Part shown: piece by piece, positions 60,456 to 64,000 of the stretch
Layout of the letters: each line of letters begins with the position of its first letter
Position numbering within the stretch: the stretch's first letter is position 1
DNA from: an uncultured virus (IMG/VR IMGVR_UViG_3300020048_000108)
Lineage: Duplodnaviria > Heunggongvirae > Uroviricota > Caudoviricetes
Length of the DNA: 64,000 nucleotides
Reading direction: 5' to 3' (one strand)
IMG/VR virus record: IMGVR_UViG_3300020048_000108
Notes under the pieces: model-generated
Databases searched by the model: none
Told to the model about the DNA's origin: nothing
What the model saw: the letters and a program-made list of their open reading frames with translations, nothing else
Position numbers and translations under genes: made by a program

Positions 60456-60485
60456 TACACCTAGGGGACACTTTAAAGGCCCCAG
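60456..60485 (-). repeat. 30-bp intergenic element, copy 7
   Basis: tacacctaggggacactttaaaggccccag. Confidence 0.95.
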
Positions 60486-60500
60486 GATAGATTATTCATA

Positions 60501-61364
60501 TTAAAACCTCACCAGGTTAAAGTTAGCAGCAGAAAAGCATTCTCGATTTACAAGTTTGAAAATCAGATTATCGCTCTTGTAGACGAAACCTTCACCGACA
60601 ATCTTCTGATCTTGAATATAAGCAACAGGATTATCCGTTACAATCATACAGTCCATCAAATCTTCCTTAACCTCAATCATCGTAAGATACAGATCTGCAA
60701 GTTCGCGACTACCAAGAATGTGAGTAAGATTGTCCCAGTTCAGTTCATCACCTTCACGAATCAGTGCATTGATTTGTTTCTTTGCTTCTACTGCTTCCTT
60801 TACATTCAGGAAGAGAACATTAGAGGTATCAATCTTTGGGAGATTGATAGGAAGAAAATCTACGCAAGGTTGAACAAACTTCACATTCTCGGTATCACTA
60901 AAGAATGGTGCGCTACCGATTACATAGGCATTCTTCAGTTCATCATCAGTATGCCAAATAGTATGAGGAGCAACAATAATGTTTTGATCAACTACTTCAG
61001 AAAACTTGTAAGTGACCGTATTGGGGCAATAAGTATCAGAACCGCCAAAACCAATAAAATCACATTGATAGATAGACTCTGTGACAGGCAGATAATCAAA
61101 GCAAGCATGAAGAATATCTGCAACCTGACCCGTGTGGTTCTTATCAATTTCTTCATGAGAATGATTGATTTTGAGTTTAACTTTGTTGAAGACAGATTTA
61201 GTGCCGACACACCATTTGCCGTTTGCAGGATTTGTACCAAAAACTACACTGGGACTGCCATCTATCTTAAGGGAAACTTCATAATCAGAATTGAAGAAAT
61301 TGAGGATAGAAAGATCTCCCGTGAGAATGCAATCTTCGAAGTGTTCTTGGTGTTTGTTTTGCAT
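60501..61364 (-). CDS. Conserved cyanophage protein with covalent nucleotidyltransferase (ligase-like) motifs
   Basis: KIDG (motif I), YQCDF (III), EGFV (IV), FKLV (V). Confidence 0.65.
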   Translation of the reverse strand: MQNKHQEHFEDCILTGDLSILNFFNSDYEVSLKIDGSPSVVFGTNPANGKWCVGTKSVFNKVKLKINHSHEEIDKNHTGQVADILHACFDYLPVTESIYQCDFIGFGGSDTYCPNTVTYKFSEVVDQNIIVAPHTIWHTDDELKNAYVIGSAPFFSDTENVKFVQPCVDFLPINLPKIDTSNVLFLNVKEAVEAKKQINALIREGDELNWDNLTHILGSRELADLYLTMIEVKEDLMDCMIVTDNPVAYIQDQKIVGEGFVYKSDNLIFKLVNRECFSAANFNLVRF

Positions 61365-61370
61365 GATCTT

Positions 61371-61429
61371 AGTATGACACAGAATCCGGAAGATTTCAAG
61401 TGGTCGTGTGCCAGTTTCAGAACCGGCAC
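61371..61429 (-). promoter_or_regulatory. Palindromic-box promoter (box 61408-61429, CATACT 61371-61376)
   Basis: gtgccagtttcagaaccggcac 31 bp from agtatg. Confidence 0.7.
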
Positions 61430-61445
61430 ACCTTAAGAGTTTTAG

Positions 61446-61634
61446 TTACTTACGAAGAGGAGAATTGCCAAAGGAACGAAACACAGAAACGACAATGATA
61501 AGCGTCGAAACAATACCAACCATGCCAAGGAAGGTAACACCATTGCCAGTAAAATCGAGAGTATTAACTGTAGTCATTTCAGTCATTTCAGGTAAGTTTG
61601 ATGTAAGATTTGTTGATGATAGTTTGCCACTCAT
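61446..61634 (-). CDS. Small single-pass membrane protein (true start possibly further downstream)
   Basis: Hydrophobic VTFLGMVGIVSTLIIVVSVF segment. Confidence 0.6.
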   Translation of the reverse strand: MSGKLSSTNLTSNLPEMTEMTTVNTLDFTGNGVTFLGMVGIVSTLIIVVSVFRSFGNSPLRK

Positions 61635-61697
61635 TGGATGCCGAAAGTCGTTGATCTACGATTACCCAACGACCTTGAAACTTAATAAGTTTTCTCA

Positions 61698-61832
61698 TCA
61701 GTAATCAATGTTAGAGTTCAGGTAATCGTTAACGTTAAACTTTTCTTCATCAAGTTCGCGAAGTTCGGGAATATCAAGGTCAAAGATTTCACCTTGCATA
61801 TCTTGAATCTCGCTCCAAAGTTCGTCGTACAT
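61698..61832 (-). CDS. Small very acidic protein (44 aa)
   Basis: MYDELWSEIQDMQGEIFDLDIPELRELDEEKFNVNDYLNSNIDY. Confidence 0.6.
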   Translation of the reverse strand: MYDELWSEIQDMQGEIFDLDIPELRELDEEKFNVNDYLNSNIDY

Positions 61833-61860
61833 TGTTTCGGTGCTTGTGGTTGTCTTTGTA

Positions 61861-61918
61861 ATCATAAGGCACCTAGAGCGTCTTCTAGGTGCCACTGCGG
61901 CAGTTTCTAAAGTGTCAC
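61861..61918 (-). promoter_or_regulatory. Palindromic-box promoter (box 61897-61918, TATGAT 61861-61866) with a 10-bp hairpin in the spacer
   Basis: gcggcagtttctaaagtgtcac 30 bp from atcata; ggcacctaga-gcgtct-tctaggtgcc. Confidence 0.65.
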
Positions 61919-61919
61919 A

Positions 61920-62087
61920 TCATACTTCATAGAACTTATAGTGACGAATCTCTGACTGATAGAATGCTTGATCTTCGGAATCATTACAGAAACCGAGAAG
62001 ATAGTTGCACATTTCGACCCGGTGATTACAAACATCTTGCAGAATCTCAGGATTACGTTGGAAGCAGTTGTTAAAGTCAACAATCAT
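61920..62087 (-). CDS. Hypothetical protein (55 aa)
   Basis: Manual translation MIVDFNNCFQRNPEILQDVCNHRVEMCNYLLGFCNDSEDQAFYQSEIRHYKFYEV. Confidence 0.55.
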   Translation of the reverse strand: MIVDFNNCFQRNPEILQDVCNHRVEMCNYLLGFCNDSEDQAFYQSEIRHYKFYEV

Positions 62088-62111
62088 CGGAATTCCCTCA
62101 GCAACAAATGT

Positions 62112-62169
62112 AGAATAACAGGATTTTGTGTCGTTTGGTGATTTTGTGTGCCACCTTGACGACTGGCAC
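62112..62169 (-). promoter_or_regulatory. Palindromic-box promoter (box 62148-62169, TATTCT 62112-62117)
   Basis: gtgccaccttgacgactggcac 30 bp from agaata. Confidence 0.75.
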
Positions 62170-62197
62170 AGGAGGATTCAGTTGATTATAAGGGGGA

Positions 62198-62226
62198 TTG
62201 ACAAAGTACGAAATCTGTATTAGACT
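62198..62226 (+). promoter_or_regulatory. Sigma70 promoter, antisense, into a non-coding region
   Basis: TTGACA-17 nt-TAGACT. Confidence 0.65.
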
Positions 62227-62411
62227 AGGTTTGTCATCAATGAAGATAAGTTGTATCTAATACTTTAAAGGGATGAGGTATAAAAGGGGGAAGGACACCA
62301 CTCCTTCCCTGATAGCAACCTACACCTTTATTTTTTATAATATCACCACAGGAGTAACTTTAACNNNNNNNNNNAGTCAACAATCATTCGGATTCCGTCA
62401 GCAACAAATGT

Positions 62412-62469
62412 AGAATAACAGGTTTCAGCGACGTTTGGTGGTTTTCTGTGCCACCTTTACAACTGGCAC
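62412..62469 (-). promoter_or_regulatory. Palindromic-box promoter (box 62448-62469, TATTCT 62412-62417)
   Basis: gtgccacctttacaactggcac 30 bp from agaata. Confidence 0.75.
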
Positions 62470-62673
62470 ATCATCATTCAATTGTACCTGCAGTTGAGAA
62501 ACAATTGTATCAACGAATGCCAGAACAGTTTGCATTACTTTAAGAACCATTTCTTTACCATTGTTTTCATTGAAGGCACGAACCGAATACTGGAAAACAC
62601 CAACAACGATTGCGGAGATAGTAGCAACATTGAAAATCAGAGTTTGATAGAAGTTTTTGTAGTAATCTTGCAT
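62425..62673 (-). CDS. Hypothetical protein with an N-terminal hydrophobic segment
   Basis: 82 aa ORF downstream of repeat copy 8. Confidence 0.6.
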   Translation of the reverse strand: MQDYYKNFYQTLIFNVATISAIVVGVFQYSVRAFNENNGKEMVLKVMQTVLAFVDTIVSQLQVQLNDDVPVVKVAQKTTKRR

Positions 62674-62707
62674 TTTGTTTTTGGTTTAGTGCTGTGAGGA
62701 TCACCCT

Positions 62708-62737
62708 CACACCTAGGCGACACTTTCAAGGCCCCAG
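62708..62737 (-). repeat. 30-bp intergenic element, copy 8
   Basis: cacacctaggcgacactttcaaggccccag. Confidence 0.9.
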
Positions 62738-62739
62738 AG

Positions 62740-63480
62740 TTAAATCATAAAACTCAAAAGTGGATTATTGATACGATCTCGTGCTACCGTAAAATACTTT
62801 TCTTCCCTTTCAATTCCGATAAAATTTCTATTACAATTGACTGCAGCAACTCCAGTAGTACCACTTCCCATACAAGGATCTAAAATCACATCATTCTCAT
62901 TGGAAAAAGTACGAATAAGATACTCATATAGCAACACAGGTTTCTGTGTTGGATGATACTTACCTTCAGATTCTGCGGTTTTAAAATAGATTACACTTCT
63001 TGGGTAGCGAAGTCCAGTATCATTTTTAACATGTACTTCTTTAGTTTGCACTCCATATGCTTCAGTATCTCTTACTGCCTTACCCTTATCATACGGAGTT
63101 CCTTGTGTCATTTGTGGGTTATATGTGGGTTGTTTTTTATAAAAAACAACCACCTCTTCATGAGCACGAAGAGGTTGCTTCTTTGCATTCAAATAACCAG
63201 AGGACTTTGACTTCTCCCATACCATCGTGTACTTAAAATGTTCATAGTTTGAAGCAATCAGAACACTTGTAAATGGTTGTGCTGCTGTAGAAATAACAGC
63301 ACAATTTGGTTTGCATATCATATCAACTTTTTTCCAGAATGTTGGATAATCAATGATACTATCCCATTCATTCCTCTTATTAAGTGTTCCGTAGGGAAAA
63401 TCTGTCAACAACAAATCAATACTTTGGAGTTCAAGATTGCCCAAAACATTGAACATATCGTCATTGAATAACTGAATCAT
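62740..63480 (-). CDS. DNA N6-adenine/N4-cytosine methyltransferase (beta class)
   Basis: TDFPYG (motif IV) precedes HPTQKP and DPCMGSGTT (motif I). Confidence 0.92.
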   Translation of the reverse strand: MIQLFNDDMFNVLGNLELQSIDLLLTDFPYGTLNKRNEWDSIIDYPTFWKKVDMICKPNCAVISTAAQPFTSVLIASNYEHFKYTMVWEKSKSSGYLNAKKQPLRAHEEVVVFYKKQPTYNPQMTQGTPYDKGKAVRDTEAYGVQTKEVHVKNDTGLRYPRSVIYFKTAESEGKYHPTQKPVLLYEYLIRTFSNENDVILDPCMGSGTTGVAAVNCNRNFIGIEREEKYFTVARDRINNPLLSFMI

Positions 63481-64000
63481 TTTTGCAACCACTCTACAAA
63501 TTTATTATAACTCACCTCGTCAAGTTTGAAGTCGGCACGATAGTCTGCATTGTAAATAGGACGCTTTGAACTGCGTTTGCGGTAAGGATTAATAAAGAAA
63601 ATATTCAAATCCTTACCAGTTAGTTCTTTGAAAAGTGCAAGATAATATGCAAGAGAATCTTTACGACAAGCATTCTGGCCAGCAAAGATTGCAAACTCTA
63701 CATCATCAGGAACATCAGGAGATTGATCAAGTCCAATAAAATTAAGGATTGCACGTTCAAGATTGCAAAGATCCAAATAAGTCTTGCACTCTATCATTTT
63801 TTTCAATACACCTTGAATATAGACGTGAGCGTCAACTTGAAGATTGTTCAAGCACCTACCACCAACTATCATTGTTCTTTTGTAATCATTCTTTTTCGGA
63901 TCAAAACCCAAATATTCACAAGTTTTGAAAGCGAGATTCTCATAGACTGTACCTGAACCAGACCTCGCCTTACCTCCCCCCTTATTTTTATGAAGGAGAG
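63477..64000 (-). CDS. PD-(D/E)xK nuclease, putative restriction endonuclease (5' end outside the window)
   Basis: Frame is open to the window edge (...GSGTVYENL...QVDAHVY...IECKTYLD); ATGA overlap with the methyltransferase. Confidence 0.65.
   Translation of the reverse strand, partial: LLHKNKGGGKARSGSGTVYENLAFKTCEYLGFDPKKNDYKRTMIVGGRCLNNLQVDAHVYIQGVLKKMIECKTYLDLCNLERAILNFIGLDQSPDVPDDVEFAIFAGQNACRKDSLAYYLALFKELTGKDLNIFFINPYRKRSSKRPIYNADYRADFKLDEVSYNKFVEWLQK

Noticed and set aside
60612..61436. 274-aa plus-strand ORF, and other long antisense ORFs such as 52884-53429 and 14062-14532
   Set aside because: Shadow frames opposite well-supported minus-strand genes, with no recognisable motifs.
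61446..61634. Small membrane ORF as a photosystem subunit (PsbN/PsbX-like)
   Set aside because: Only size and hydrophobicity agree; diagnostic residues were not recognised.
53456..62737. 30-bp repeats as a CRISPR array
   Set aside because: Intervals are 374-2252 bp and contain whole genes; no cas genes in the window.
1..64000. tRNA or rRNA genes
   Set aside because: No cloverleaf with a T-loop consensus recognised by eye in intergenic regions; tRNAscan-SE would be needed to exclude them fully.

Overview
Scaffolded fragment (five 10-N gaps) of a T4-like cyanomyovirus genome (Kyanoviridae-type, probably freshwater). Nearly every gene is on the minus strand. 1-9.6 kb: CobS/CobT-like AAA+/vWA pair, gp46/gp47, late sigma gp55, UvsW, UvsY. 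9.6-50.3 kb: syntenic virion module (gp3, gp23, gp22, gp21, gp20, gp19, gp18, gp17 with a class 3 LAGLIDADG intein, gp16, gp15, gp14, gp13, a possible NblA-like ORF, VrlC-like protein, gp8, gp7, gp6, gp25). 50.3-52.8 kb: small ORFs, a glycosyltransferase-like gene and an HNH endonuclease. 52.9-64 kb: a visibly GC-richer hyperplastic/early region of short ORFs (ArdA-like protein, SF2 helicase, inverted HNH endonuclease, ligase-like protein, DNA methyltransferase plus PD-(D/E)xK nuclease). The most striking unexplained structure is non-coding. (i) A 30-bp element (coding strand CTGGGGCCTTCAAAGTGTCCCCTAGGTGTA) occurs 7 times nearly intact and once degenerate, always at gene junctions in the same orientation, dividing the region into gene cassettes. 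(ii) A 22-bp palindromic box sits 29-31 bp upstream of a -10 hexamer 7 times. (iii) An origin-like locus at 54.3-54.7 kb has divergent sigma70 promoters, G-runs, 25-bp repeats, a DnaA-box match and an AT-rich tract. (iv) Three consensus sigma70 promoters fire antisense to the genes. All functional assignments come from motif recognition and synteny, not from database searches.
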